From: Longimicrobiales bacterium
GTDB taxonomy: Bacteria; Gemmatimonadota; Gemmatimonadetes; Longimicrobiales; Gaopeijiaceae
Length of the DNA stretch: 64,000 nucleotides
Direction of reading: 5' to 3'
NCBI GenBank assembly: GCA_965198065.1
Contig: CBDAON010000004.1
Span: forward strand, 2,432,001-2,496,000
Below the pieces are notes generated by a model, which was not told where the DNA came from, did no database searches, and saw only the letters and a program-made list of their open reading frames with translations. Below, piece by piece: positions 38,176-47,547 of this stretch. Made by a program: the position numbers and the translations under genes. Every line of letters begins with the position of its first letter. Position 1 is the stretch's first letter.

Positions 38176-40681
38176 CGAACGGCTTCCGGAGCCCGTGGGT
38201 TACCCGCTCCGCCGCGAACACCACGTCCGTCATGAGACCGGCCGCGGTGACCTTCGCACCGGCGCCCGGCCCCTGGATAAGCATGGGGTGCGTCGTGTAC
38301 CGGAGCGAACGGATCTCGAGCACGTTTTCGGTGCCGCGTATGCGAGCCGCTGGCTGGTCCAGCGGGACCTCGACCATCCTCACCTCGGCCCCGGACTCGT
38401 CCACCCGTGCCACCGTGGCGAGCCGACAGCCCTTCACGGCGGCTTCCTGGCTCTTCTGGGCGAACTCGTCGTCCAGCTCCGGCAGGAGGTCCATGAACGC
38501 CTCCACGGACGGCGCCTCGAAGAGCCGTAGCGGGAGGATCGGGTCCACACGCACGTCACCGGGATCGATCTCGAAGCCGGCCGTGCGGCCGAGGATGACG
38601 ATCTTACGGAGAACGTCCGTCAGCCCCAAGTCGTCCCTCGGATCGGGCTCGGAGATCCCCCGCTCCTTGGCTTCCCGGACGGCCTCACTGAACGGCTTTC
38701 CGCGATTCACCTCGTCGAAGAGGAACGTGAGCGTTCCGGAGAGCACGCCCGACATCTCCGTGATCCTGTCGCCGCTCCGCCTCAGCTCCGCCACCGTCCG
38801 GACGATCGGGAGACCCGCTCCCACGGTGGTCTCGTGGTGGATGCCCCGGCCTCCCTGCGCGGCTCGCAGGAGCTCCTTGTATTCCTGGGACGAACGGGAG
38901 AAAGCGATCTTGTTGGCCGTGACGACCGCGGCGCCGAGCTTGAGGAAATGGGCGTAACGCCCGGCCACCTCTGCGCTCGCGGTACAATCGACGACCACGA
39001 GGGGGTCGCCTGTCACGATGTCGTCCACGAGCGTCGCGGGGCTTTGCTTCCCCCCGTCCAGGAGCTCCCGCCAGCGGGACGGGTCCAGCCCCTCCAGGTC
39101 GGCGATCGCCCGGGAGCTGTTCGCGATGCCCACCAGCACGGGTCGGATCGAATGAGGCGCCAGCGCGTCCGCGGCGTGCTCGCCGATCTGCGCGAGGAGC
39201 GCTCCACCCACGCTCCCGACGCCCAGGACCGCGATCCGCACCGGGTAGAGCTCGCCAGGAGGGGCGAAGAACGCGCGATGGACCGCGCGGAGAGCAGGCC
39301 CTTCCTGCCTGGCGGCCACGACCCAGGAGATGTTCCGCTCGGAGGAGCCCTGGGCCACGCCGTCCACGTTCACCTTCGCGGCACCCAGCGTTGAGAATAG
39401 GCGCCCGGCAATCCCCGGGGTGTCCCGCATGCCCTCTCCGACGATCGCGAGGACGGATCGATCCTCCTCCATCACGGGATCGCGGAGCAGCCCGGCCTCC
39501 CTTTCGCGCCGGAATTCCGCCTCGATGGCGGTGACTGCGCGACCCATCCGGTTCCTGGGCACCGCGAAGGACACGGAGTGCGCGCTCGAGTCCTGCGTGA
39601 AGAGGAGCGAGTCCACGTCCGCTGCTCGGAGGGCGCGAAAGAGCCGCTCGCACGTTTCGGTAGTTCCGAGGGACTCGACCCCCTCCAGGCGGATGAGCAC
39701 GACGTCGCGGATGGCCGACATCCCACGGACCGGGTGATAGGGATCCCGCTCCTGCCGTTCCATGACGAGGGTCCCCGGCAGCGTGGGATCGATCGTGCTA
39801 CGGATCCGCAGGGGAATCCCCGCCTTCCGGGCCGGCTCCACGGCCGGCGCGCAGATGACCTCGGCTCCGAAGTGCGCGAGCTCCAGGAGCTCCTCGTATC
39901 CGATCTCCCGGATCGGCCGCGCGTCGGGCACGGCCCTTGGGTCGGCGGTGAGGACGCCGTCCACGTCAGTCCAGATCTCCACCCGCTCCGCGCGGAGGGC
40001 CGCCCCGACGAGGGTGGCTGTGTAATCTGAGGCCCCCCGCCCGAGCGTCGTGGTCTCTCCCCCAGCCGTCGCTCCGATGAATCCAGTGACCACCGGAACG
40101 CCCGAGCTTCCCGGGAGATCAGCCCGGATCCGCTCGTGCGAGAGCTTCGAGTCCACCCGCGCCGACCCGAAGCGATCGTCTGTGGCCACGAGTCGCCGGG
40201 CGTCCACGTCCCGGGCCGGGGTCCCCTGGGCACGCAGGCATGCGGCGACCAGCATGGAGGAGAGGAGCTCCCCGTAGGCCAACAGGCGGTCCCGGGTGCG
40301 GGGGCTGCACTCGCCCAGGAGCTCGGCCCCGCGTGCTAGCCTCCGGATGTCCTCGAAGGCTTCGGAAAGGCGGGCCTCGAGCGCCGCACGCTCCTCGGGC
40401 GCGGCCACGCCGGCCAACACCTCCCGGTGCCGGTCCTCGAGCTCCCGAACGCGGTCCTCGTAGGCGGGAGAGCCCCCACCGGCCAGGTCCGCGATCGCGA
40501 CGAGCACGTCCGTCGTCCCCCCCAACGCCGACACGACGACCACGGGGTTCGACTCCCGACGTGCGCGCGCGACGAGCCCGGTGATCGACCGGATCCGGTC
40601 GGGGTCGCTGAGGGAGCTACCTCCAAACTTGAGGACCCGCGTTGCGGGCGTGACCGCTTGATTCACGATTGGCTCATCCAT
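38165..40681 (-). CDS. thrA: Bifunctional aspartokinase/homoserine dehydrogenase
   Basis: KFGGSS, TTLGRGASD, WTDVDG, ACT domains, GVGSVG, ETTVGAGLP, GPGAG. Confidence 0.95.
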   Translation of the reverse strand: MDEPIVNQAVTPATRVLKFGGSSLSDPDRIRSITGLVARARRESNPVVVVSALGGTTDVLVAIADLAGGGSPAYEDRVRELEDRHREVLAGVAAPEERAALEARLSEAFEDIRRLARGAELLGECSPRTRDRLLAYGELLSSMLVAACLRAQGTPARDVDARRLVATDDRFGSARVDSKLSHERIRADLPGSSGVPVVTGFIGATAGGETTTLGRGASDYTATLVGAALRAERVEIWTDVDGVLTADPRAVPDARPIREIGYEELLELAHFGAEVICAPAVEPARKAGIPLRIRSTIDPTLPGTLVMERQERDPYHPVRGMSAIRDVVLIRLEGVESLGTTETCERLFRALRAADVDSLLFTQDSSAHSVSFAVPRNRMGRAVTAIEAEFRREREAGLLRDPVMEEDRSVLAIVGEGMRDTPGIAGRLFSTLGAAKVNVDGVAQGSSERNISWVVAARQEGPALRAVHRAFFAPPGELYPVRIAVLGVGSVGGALLAQIGEHAADALAPHSIRPVLVGIANSSRAIADLEGLDPSRWRELLDGGKQSPATLVDDIVTGDPLVVVDCTASAEVAGRYAHFLKLGAAVVTANKIAFSRSSQEYKELLRAAQGGRGIHHETTVGAGLPIVRTVAELRRSGDRITEMSGVLSGTLTFLFDEVNRGKPFSEAVREAKERGISEPDPRDDLGLTDVLRKIVILGRTAGFEIDPGDVRVDPILPLRLFEAPSVEAFMDLLPELDDEFAQKSQEAAVKGCRLATVARVDESGAEVRMVEVPLDQPAARIRGTENVLEIRSLRYTTHPMLIQGPGAGAKVTAAGLMTDVVFAAERVTHGLRKPFDES

Positions 40682-40685
40682 GAGC

Positions 40686-40722
40686 AAAAAATCACCCCGA
40701 CCTGTTCAGGTCCGGGGCGGGG
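40686..40722 (-). terminator. Attenuator terminator upstream of thrA
   Basis: CCCCGGACCTGAACAGGTCGGGG hairpin followed by TGATTTTTT, immediately before thrA. Confidence 0.75.
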
Positions 40723-40755
40723 CGTCGACCTATGTTCTGAGCAGCGAATCTCAGA

Positions 40756-40866
40756 TCACGGTCGTGCGCCTTCCCGGCCCCCCCCCGTCGTCGCGGAGGT
40801 GGTGAGCCGGCATGTCGTGCCCGTGGCGCCGAAAATCTCGCTGTCCCGGAATTGCATGACTGACAT
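40756..40866 (-). CDS. thrL: Thr-rich leader peptide (thrL-like)
   Basis: MSVMQFRDSEIFGATGTTCRLTTSATTGGGREGARP: 7 Thr within 13 codons, upstream of the terminator and thrABC. Confidence 0.7.
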   Translation of the reverse strand: MSVMQFRDSEIFGATGTTCRLTTSATTGGGREGARP

Positions 40867-41039
40867 GTATCGCCCCCCGGCCCCACGGGTGTCAAGGGCA
40901 GGAGGCTGCCCCGGGAGTGGGTCCGAAGCGACGCCCATCCGCCCGGCGGCGAGGCCCACCCTCGTCCCGGCTTGAGTCAGCCGCCCGGGATGCGTAAAGT
41001 TGTTCAGATGCAGCGGATCCCCGAGGCACCCCGGAGCCC

Positions 41040-41600
41040 ATGACCGAACCTCCGCGCACCCCCCCCGAGCCTGAGTCGCCGCGGTCTAGCGGCGAGGACG
41101 GCTCTCCTCGCGGCGAGGCGGCCCCCTCGCGGCGTCCCGAGGACGTGGCTTCGCTGGTCCGCACTATCCAGAAGGACGCGGCGGAGCGCGAGCAGGTCCG
41201 ACGTACCCCCTCCCCCCGCGGGCGACAGTCCCGGTGGTGGTACTTTGCGCTCGTGTTCACGTTGGGCGCGAACCTGTACGTATGGATCGGGCAGCCGGAC
41301 TGGGTGGTCGGTGCGCCGACTGGGCCCCAGACCGCGGCCGAGGAAGAGGGCATCCTCCGCTTCCGGATGTACGTGCAGGGCCAACGGATCGAAGCGTACT
41401 GGCGTGAGAACGGGGCGTTCCCCGAGCGGTTGGAGGACACCGGGGAGCCGCTCGAGGGGATGCGGTACCAGCGCACGGGCCCGGACTCTTGGGAGCTCCT
41501 GGGGGAGATGGGCCAAGCCGGCTTGATCCTGCGCTCCTCCATGTCCATGGGCGAGTTCATCGGGAATTATCAGGAACCGTTGGGAGTGGATGGAGCCTGA
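41040..41600 (+). CDS. Hypothetical membrane-anchored protein, pseudopilin/GspG-like C-domain
   Basis: Single TM then IEAYWRENGAFPERL. Confidence 0.6.
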   Translation: MTEPPRTPPEPESPRSSGEDGSPRGEAAPSRRPEDVASLVRTIQKDAAEREQVRRTPSPRGRQSRWWYFALVFTLGANLYVWIGQPDWVVGAPTGPQTAAEEEGILRFRMYVQGQRIEAYWRENGAFPERLEDTGEPLEGMRYQRTGPDSWELLGEMGQAGLILRSSMSMGEFIGNYQEPLGVDGA

Positions 41601-42070
41601 GGCCCCCGGGAGCGCGCCGAACCCGCTCCCTGTTCTCCCGCCGCTCGTCTTTCTCCTCGTCGCGCTGCTTCTTCTGGGGGTCGCGCTCCCCCGCGTCAGG
41701 AGCAATCCAGGCTGGAGACATCGCCTCGGAGGCGTTTCGGGACGTCAGCGCGCTCCGGAGCGCGGCATCGGCCTACCTCCTCGCCCACGGAGACTGGCCG
41801 CCGGGGATCTCTGCCGCGGAAGGGCCCGGCCCCCTCGCGCCCTACCTCCCCTCCGGCTTCTCGTTTCGGAAGGAGCGATACGAAGTGAGCTGGAAGCACT
41901 GGCCCCTTCCCGGAGGGCTCCCACCGGGAGGGGACTCCGTGTCCGTGGTCGGCGTCTCCCTGCGCACTCCGAGTGCGGCCGTATCGAGCGGAGTCGTTCG
42001 AGCCTTGGGCGCCGGGGTCGGTCGGTTTACCGTCGGAGAGACCACGACGATCATCCTCGAAGGGCTGTAG
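41590..42070 (+). CDS. Pilin-like membrane protein (frameshift near 41710)
   Basis: Hydrophobic helix ending ALPR, then AASAYLLAHGDWPP...LAPYLP. Confidence 0.55.
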
Positions 42071-42101
42071 CGCCAGCTCGGCCCGACACGCTTCCCGATC
42101 C

Positions 42102-42878
42102 GTGACGCCCTGGGTTCGCCGGCTCCTCATCGCCAACGTAGCGGTCTTCGTCGTCGCGCCGCCCCCGCTCGGCGTCCTGGGGCTGATCCCCGAAGGGCTG
42201 GCGGAGTTGCTGGTCCTGGTCCCCGCACGAGCTCCCACGCGGCCCTGGACGGTTCTCACGTACCAGTTCGTCCACGTGGGCTTCTTGCACCTCATCTTCA
42301 ATATGATCGGGCTTTTCTTCTTCGGGCCCCGCCTCGAAGAGAGGGTCGGAAGCCGGCACTTCTTCGCCCTCTACCTGGTTAGCGGGGCGTTCGGGGCGCT
42401 CTTCTCGGTCGTCACGCCGAACGTGGCCATCGTTGGGGCGTCCGGCGCCGTCTTCGGGGTTCTCCTGGGGTTCGCAAGGTACTGGCCGCGTGAGCGGATC
42501 CTGATCTATGGAATCTTCCCGGTCCAAGCCCGGATCCTGGTGATCATCCTCGCGGTGGCCTCCATCTGGTTGGGGGTCAGCGGCGGAGGGAACGTCGCCC
42601 ACTTTGCCCACTTAGGAGGCTTCGTCGGCGGGTGGTCGTACCTGAAGCTCCTCGAGTGGAACTCCCCGGCGCGAAAGTTCCGACAGAAGGTCGAGGCCGT
42701 GGTCCCCCCCCGTCCCGGAGCGAGGGATCTGAAGCGGTGGGAGGAAGTCGATCGGGAGCGCCTCCACCCCCTGAACCGGGAAGAGTACGATCGGGTGCTG
42801 GAGAAAGCCCGTGCCCTCGGGCCACCATCGCTGACCTTCCAGGAGCGGGCCTTCCTCGAACGCTTCACCCAGGACTAG
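42102..42878 (+). CDS. Rhomboid intramembrane serine protease
   Basis: HLIFNM, GASGAVFG, AHFAHLGG. Confidence 0.93.
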   Translation: MTPWVRRLLIANVAVFVVAPPPLGVLGLIPEGLAELLVLVPARAPTRPWTVLTYQFVHVGFLHLIFNMIGLFFFGPRLEERVGSRHFFALYLVSGAFGALFSVVTPNVAIVGASGAVFGVLLGFARYWPRERILIYGIFPVQARILVIILAVASIWLGVSGGGNVAHFAHLGGFVGGWSYLKLLEWNSPARKFRQKVEAVVPPRPGARDLKRWEEVDRERLHPLNREEYDRVLEKARALGPPSLTFQERAFLERFTQD

Positions 42879-42945
42879 CCGGTCACAGAGAGAGAGGGAA
42901 GAGCCGCTGGGCGCGACCGACCCCGGGGCGCACCCCGCCGGGTTC

Positions 42946-43320
42946 TTACTCGAGGTTGGGTGGCTTCCGGAGCCTCTTGGTGGCGCTCTGCCGATGTTTC
43001 TCCTCCAGGCGCCTCTGCTTTTCGGAGGCAGAGGGCGTTGTCGGGATTCGCTTTGGGGGCCTGGCCCGACGCTGCGTGAGCCGCCCGCGGAGGCGCTCCA
43101 GGGCGAGGGCGCGGTTCCGGTGCTGGCTTCGCTCATCCCTGGCGATGACCACGATCCCGGTCGGGCCGTGGGTGAGGCGAACACCCGATTCCGTCCTGTT
43201 CTGGTGCTGGCCGCCCTTGCCCCCGGCGCGGAAGGTATCCACCCGGCACTCCGCGAGGAGCTCCTCGTCCGACTCGGGGACGAGCTCCGACTCCGGTCCG
43301 GACGCCGGACGGCGTGTCAC
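42946..43320 (-). CDS. Ribosome-rescue peptidyl-tRNA hydrolase (ArfB/YaeJ-like)
   Basis: GGKGGQH, RSQHRNR, basic C-terminal tail. Confidence 0.8.
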   Translation of the reverse strand: MTRRPASGPESELVPESDEELLAECRVDTFRAGGKGGQHQNRTESGVRLTHGPTGIVVIARDERSQHRNRALALERLRGRLTQRRARPPKRIPTTPSASEKQRRLEEKHRQSATKRLRKPPNLE

Positions 43321-44468
43321 GTGGCGGGTTCGCTCACCGCCTCGCGGATCAGGACGAGGATCGCGTCAGACTCGCCGCCACCACCCGGCACCGAGAAAAG
43401 GGTCGCCTGCCCGGCCCGGGGACCGAGCCCCCGACCCTCGGGCGGCAGACGCACGTCGCTCGAGACGGACCCCTGTGCGTGGCTCGTGACCGCCTCCACG
43501 GCTGCGGCGATCCGGACTCCGTCCTCGGGCTCGAAGAGATCCCACAGGCTCGTACCCTGGGCCTGCCGGGAATCGGTGCCGAGAAACGAGAGGGCAGCTC
43601 GGTTCGCGTCCACCACCCGGCCCCCGACGTCCGCGAACAGGACCCCAAGGGACTGGGAGTCCCGAAGAGCGCGAAAGGCTGCGGCTTCCGCAGCCGTCTC
43701 CCGCGCCGGCCGGTCCGACGACACGTCCTCGACGGTTCCCTCCACGTATTCGATGACGCCCGAGGGCCCCCGATGGGCGCGCGCCGTGTTGCGGATCCGG
43801 ATGGCCCGGCCGCTGGATGTCCGGAGCCCGCTCTCGAATCCGAGGACCACTCCGTGCTCCCGCAGGAGGTCGAGGAAGCGCTCCCGATCCCTGGGCGAGA
43901 CGAAGAAGTTTCGGGCATGCACCTGTCCGAGCATTTCCTTCGGGGGGAACTCGAGCGCTCGGATCAAGGCCGGGTTCGCCTCGATGTACTCGCCCTCTTC
44001 CGTGACCCGGTAGAGGCCCAGGGGGAGGTGGTCGAACATTCCCCGGTGCCGCTCCTCGCTCTGTCGAAGGGCTTCCTGCGCCCGATGGCGCTCCACCGCG
44101 TAGCGAAGCGATCGTTCCAGGGCCTCGGCGTCCCCGGTCCCCTTCACGAGATAGTCCGCCGCCCCCGACTTCATCGCCTGGAGGTCCACGTCCCGGCTTC
44201 CCTTGCCGGTGAGCAGGATGATCGGCGTACGGATGGCCTGGGAGCGAGCCTGCTCGAGAAGGTCCACCCCGGTGCCCCGGTCCAGGAAGTAGTCCAGGAG
44301 ACAGACGTCGTGCCGGCGCTCGGCCAGGAGCTTCAGCCCCTGATCGAACGTGGAGGCCCACTCCACCTCGGGGATCGGCCCGTCGAGCTGACCCAGCAGG
44401 GCCTGGGTCATGAGGAAGTCGGACTCCTCGTCGTCGATCAGCAGGACCCGAAGGGTGGACCGGTTCAT
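43317..44468 (-). CDS. Response regulator receiver + two PAS domains, no output domain
   Basis: LLIDD, LLDY, LTG, DYLVK; two PAS-like segments (EANPA, DANRA). Confidence 0.82.
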   Translation of the reverse strand: MNRSTLRVLLIDDEESDFLMTQALLGQLDGPIPEVEWASTFDQGLKLLAERRHDVCLLDYFLDRGTGVDLLEQARSQAIRTPIILLTGKGSRDVDLQAMKSGAADYLVKGTGDAEALERSLRYAVERHRAQEALRQSEERHRGMFDHLPLGLYRVTEEGEYIEANPALIRALEFPPKEMLGQVHARNFFVSPRDRERFLDLLREHGVVLGFESGLRTSSGRAIRIRNTARAHRGPSGVIEYVEGTVEDVSSDRPARETAAEAAAFRALRDSQSLGVLFADVGGRVVDANRAALSFLGTDSRQAQGTSLWDLFEPEDGVRIAAAVEAVTSHAQGSVSSDVRLPPEGRGLGPRAGQATLFSVPGGGGESDAILVLIREAVSEPAT

Positions 44469-44697
44469 GGCAGGACCGCTGGGGATTCGTGGGCCGAGCG
44501 CGGTTCTCCCGAAGGTAGAGGAAGCCCTCGCGGGGGGAAAGCCTCTTAGGGCACGCTTTTACGGCCGGGGAAACAGTGGCTCGGCCCGTTTGCCCGCGTT
44601 AGCTTCGCCCGGTCGTACGTGGGGGCCGGCGAACGACCGGTCGCCAGCGAGTGCGCAAGGAGACCGGGTGAGGGGCGGCGCGAGGCGCGAGGGGAGG

Positions 44698-45804
44698 ATG
44701 GCGAGGAAGCTCACGGAAAGACTCGCGGCGCAGGGCGATTGGGGGCCTGGTGCCCGATTCCTAATGGTGCTGGCCAGCGCGGTCGTGGTCGTCGCCGGCC
44801 TCCGGGCGGGAGCTCCGATCCTGCTCCCCACGGCCATCGCGATGTTCCTGGCCATCCTCTCGGTTCCCATCATGCTCTGGCTCCAACGGCGGCGCGTGCC
44901 GGCCGCGCTCGCGATCGTCCTGACCCTGCTCGTGGTTGTGACGATCTTCGGGGGAATGGTGCTCCTCGCCAGCCGGTCCGTGGCCGAGTTCCAGAGCGCC
45001 CTGCCGGACTACGTCGCCTTCTTCCAGCTGCGCTTCGACGGGTTTCTGAGCGCGCTCGAGGCCCGCGGCATTCCGGCGCGCGAATACCTATCGGCCGAGG
45101 CGGTGAGCAGCCAGGCGCTCACGAACTTCGTGCAGGGGATGTTCGGCCGCGTGGCCACGTTCTTGTCCACGACGCTGATCGTCTTCTTCCTGCTTCTCTT
45201 CATGCTCGCGGAGGCGTCGGTCTTTCCGCGGAAGTTCCGGGCGGTCCTGGGCGACGAGGCCGGTGACCTGAGCCGCTTCTCCAAGATCACGAACGAGGTC
45301 TTCGAGTATCTCGTCATCAAGACCCTGATCAGCCTCGCCACCGGCATCTGCATCGGGTTCTGGGCCTGGATCATGCGCCTCGAGTTTCCGATTCTCCTCG
45401 GGCTGGTGGGATTCCTAATGAACTACGTGCCGACGATCGGGTCGATGATCGCGGCGATCCCGGCGATCCTGCTGGCCCTCCTCCAGCAGGGGACCCTGGG
45501 GGTCGCGCTGTTCGTAGCGATCGGGTACGTGGTGATCAACGTGGTCTTCGGGAACCTGCTCGAGCCGTACATCCAGGGGCGTCGACTGGGGCTCTCGACC
45601 CTCGTCGTCCTCCTCTCCCTTATCTTCTGGGCGTGGGCCTGGGGACCGATCGGGGCCCTCCTGGCCGTTCCACTCACGATGGTCGTGAAGATCATGATCG
45701 AGAACACCCGCGACCTGAGGTGGGTCGCCATCCTGTTGGACAAAGAGCCGCCGCCGCTAACCGCCACGGGGCCGGCCGCGATTGACCGGGACGAGGGCGT
45801 GTGA
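44698..45804 (+). CDS. AI-2E family transporter
   Basis: NYVPTIGS, GNLLEP, WGPIGALLAVPLT. Confidence 0.92.
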   Translation: MARKLTERLAAQGDWGPGARFLMVLASAVVVVAGLRAGAPILLPTAIAMFLAILSVPIMLWLQRRRVPAALAIVLTLLVVVTIFGGMVLLASRSVAEFQSALPDYVAFFQLRFDGFLSALEARGIPAREYLSAEAVSSQALTNFVQGMFGRVATFLSTTLIVFFLLLFMLAEASVFPRKFRAVLGDEAGDLSRFSKITNEVFEYLVIKTLISLATGICIGFWAWIMRLEFPILLGLVGFLMNYVPTIGSMIAAIPAILLALLQQGTLGVALFVAIGYVVINVVFGNLLEPYIQGRRLGLSTLVVLLSLIFWAWAWGPIGALLAVPLTMVVKIMIENTRDLRWVAILLDKEPPPLTATGPAAIDRDEGV

Positions 45805-46310
45805 GAGCGGAGATCGCCGGCGAGGCATTCCCCCACCTGCCCGATGCGGCGCGCCTTTGGACGTTCGGGGTCAGCCGCCCGCTCGAGCCCCGAGAGGAGG
45901 ATCGCCTACTCGCGGTCGTGGATGCGTTCCTCGAGGGGTGGAGGGCCCACGGGCATCCGCTTGCCGCGGCCCGGGAGTGGCGTTACGGCCGCTTTCTCCT
46001 CGTCGGCGTGGACGACTCCGTCACGCCCCCCTCCGGCTGCTCCATCGATGCCCTGGTCCGGGCGCTCGGCGAGATCGAGGAGGAGCTGGGGCTCGAGATC
46101 GTCGGAAGCGCCCCGATCTGGTACTGGGATCAGGGCGAGCTCCGCCGAGTCTCACGCGCGGCGTTCCGGGAGGCGGCGGCCCGCGGGACGGTGACTGGGG
46201 ACATGGTTGTGTTCGACCCGTCCGTGACTCGGGTGGGGGAGCTCAGGGCGGGGAAGTGGGAGCTCCCGGCCGATCGGAGCTGGCACCGGCGATACCTCCC
46301 GAACCGGTAA
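45801..46310 (+). CDS. Conserved hypothetical protein with SGCSID motif
   Basis: WRAHG and PSGCSIDAL motifs; overlaps the AI-2E stop. Confidence 0.75.
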   Translation: MRAEIAGEAFPHLPDAARLWTFGVSRPLEPREEDRLLAVVDAFLEGWRAHGHPLAAAREWRYGRFLLVGVDDSVTPPSGCSIDALVRALGEIEEELGLEIVGSAPIWYWDQGELRRVSRAAFREAAARGTVTGDMVVFDPSVTRVGELRAGKWELPADRSWHRRYLPNR

Positions 46311-46383
46311 CCTCGGCCGCGCCGCCCGGGTCCGATGGGCCCCAGTGGCCCTCCCCCTCTTCTTCCGCCCGCTACGGCCCTGC

Positions 46384-47397
46384 TCAGCGGCTGGCCAGCA
46401 CCTCTTCCAGATACCTCGCGGCTTCGCTCTCGGCCCAGAACCACTTCATGCCGGGTTGACCCGAGACGAATCCCACGTGCCCGCCGTGCCGCGGGAGGGC
46501 AGCGACGATCCACGGATTCCGCTCGATCGCTGTCCGAGGGATCGACTCGGGCGGCAGGAACGGGTCGTCCATCGCGTGGAGGACGAGGGTCGGTACCCGA
46601 ACCCTCTCCACGACGGGTCCCGAAGATGCCTCGCGGTAGTACTCGTCCGCTCCGCCGAATCCGTGGAGAGGCGCCGTCGCCACCTCGTCGAACTCCCGGA
46701 GCGTACCGGCGGAGAGGACCCGGTCCAGGTCCAGGATCGGGTCCAGCACCTTGCGCTTCGCCCGGATCTTTCGCTTGAGGGACTCGAGGAAGTACCGCGC
46801 GTATAGCCGCCCCATCGGAGTTCCCTCGAGCATGCCGCTCCCGGCCGCAAGGTCGAACGGTACCGAGATCGCGGCGGCCCCGGCCAGGTGTCCGGGGACC
46901 GCGGCTTCCCTCTCGCCCAGGAATCGGAGCAGCACGTTTCCGCCGAGGGAGAAGCCGATCGCTCCGATCGCCCGGCCCGGGAACCGGGCGTGCAGGTAGT
47001 CCAGGACGAGGGCCAGATCCGCCGTGTCCCCCGAGTGATAGAAGCGCGGCAGGCGGTTCATCTCGCCGGAGCACCCGCGGAAGTTCATACCGACCGGGCG
47101 GAGGCCCCGCCGGGCGACCTCGGACATGGCGAGACGCATGTACGCGCGGCCGGTAGACCCTTCCAGGCCATGGAGCACGAGGACGATCGGAGCGCCGGGG
47201 CGGGGGTCGGCCCCGAGGTCCAGATGGAGGAAGTCGCCGTCGGGCGTGTCGAAGTGGATCCGCTCCAACGGCGCGCGCGGACGGGGCCGAAGATAGCGTC
47301 CCCCCAGCGTCTGGAGGTGCGCTCCCGGAAGCCACCAGGCCGGTCGGAAACGCTTCGGCTGAAACCGCAGATGAGGTGAGTGCGGTGCGAGGGTCAC
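46384..47397 (-). CDS. YheT-like alpha/beta hydrolase
   Basis: HGLEGS, NFRGCSG, GFSLGGN, DDPF, GGHVGF. Confidence 0.9.
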   Translation of the reverse strand: MTLAPHSPHLRFQPKRFRPAWWLPGAHLQTLGGRYLRPRPRAPLERIHFDTPDGDFLHLDLGADPRPGAPIVLVLHGLEGSTGRAYMRLAMSEVARRGLRPVGMNFRGCSGEMNRLPRFYHSGDTADLALVLDYLHARFPGRAIGAIGFSLGGNVLLRFLGEREAAVPGHLAGAAAISVPFDLAAGSGMLEGTPMGRLYARYFLESLKRKIRAKRKVLDPILDLDRVLSAGTLREFDEVATAPLHGFGGADEYYREASSGPVVERVRVPTLVLHAMDDPFLPPESIPRTAIERNPWIVAALPRHGGHVGFVSGQPGMKWFWAESEAARYLEEVLASR

Positions 47398-47547
47398 GCG
47401 GCGGATCGCGCTCGAGTCGACTCTGCAGTTAGGCAGGCGCTCCGGCTCCCCCGGAAAAGGGAGCGTCCCGCTTGTTAGCTTCCAGTGAATCCTCGAAGAT
47501 TAACCGTTTCGCTCCGAGGACGCCGCGAATCCACTTCCCGGAGGCTC

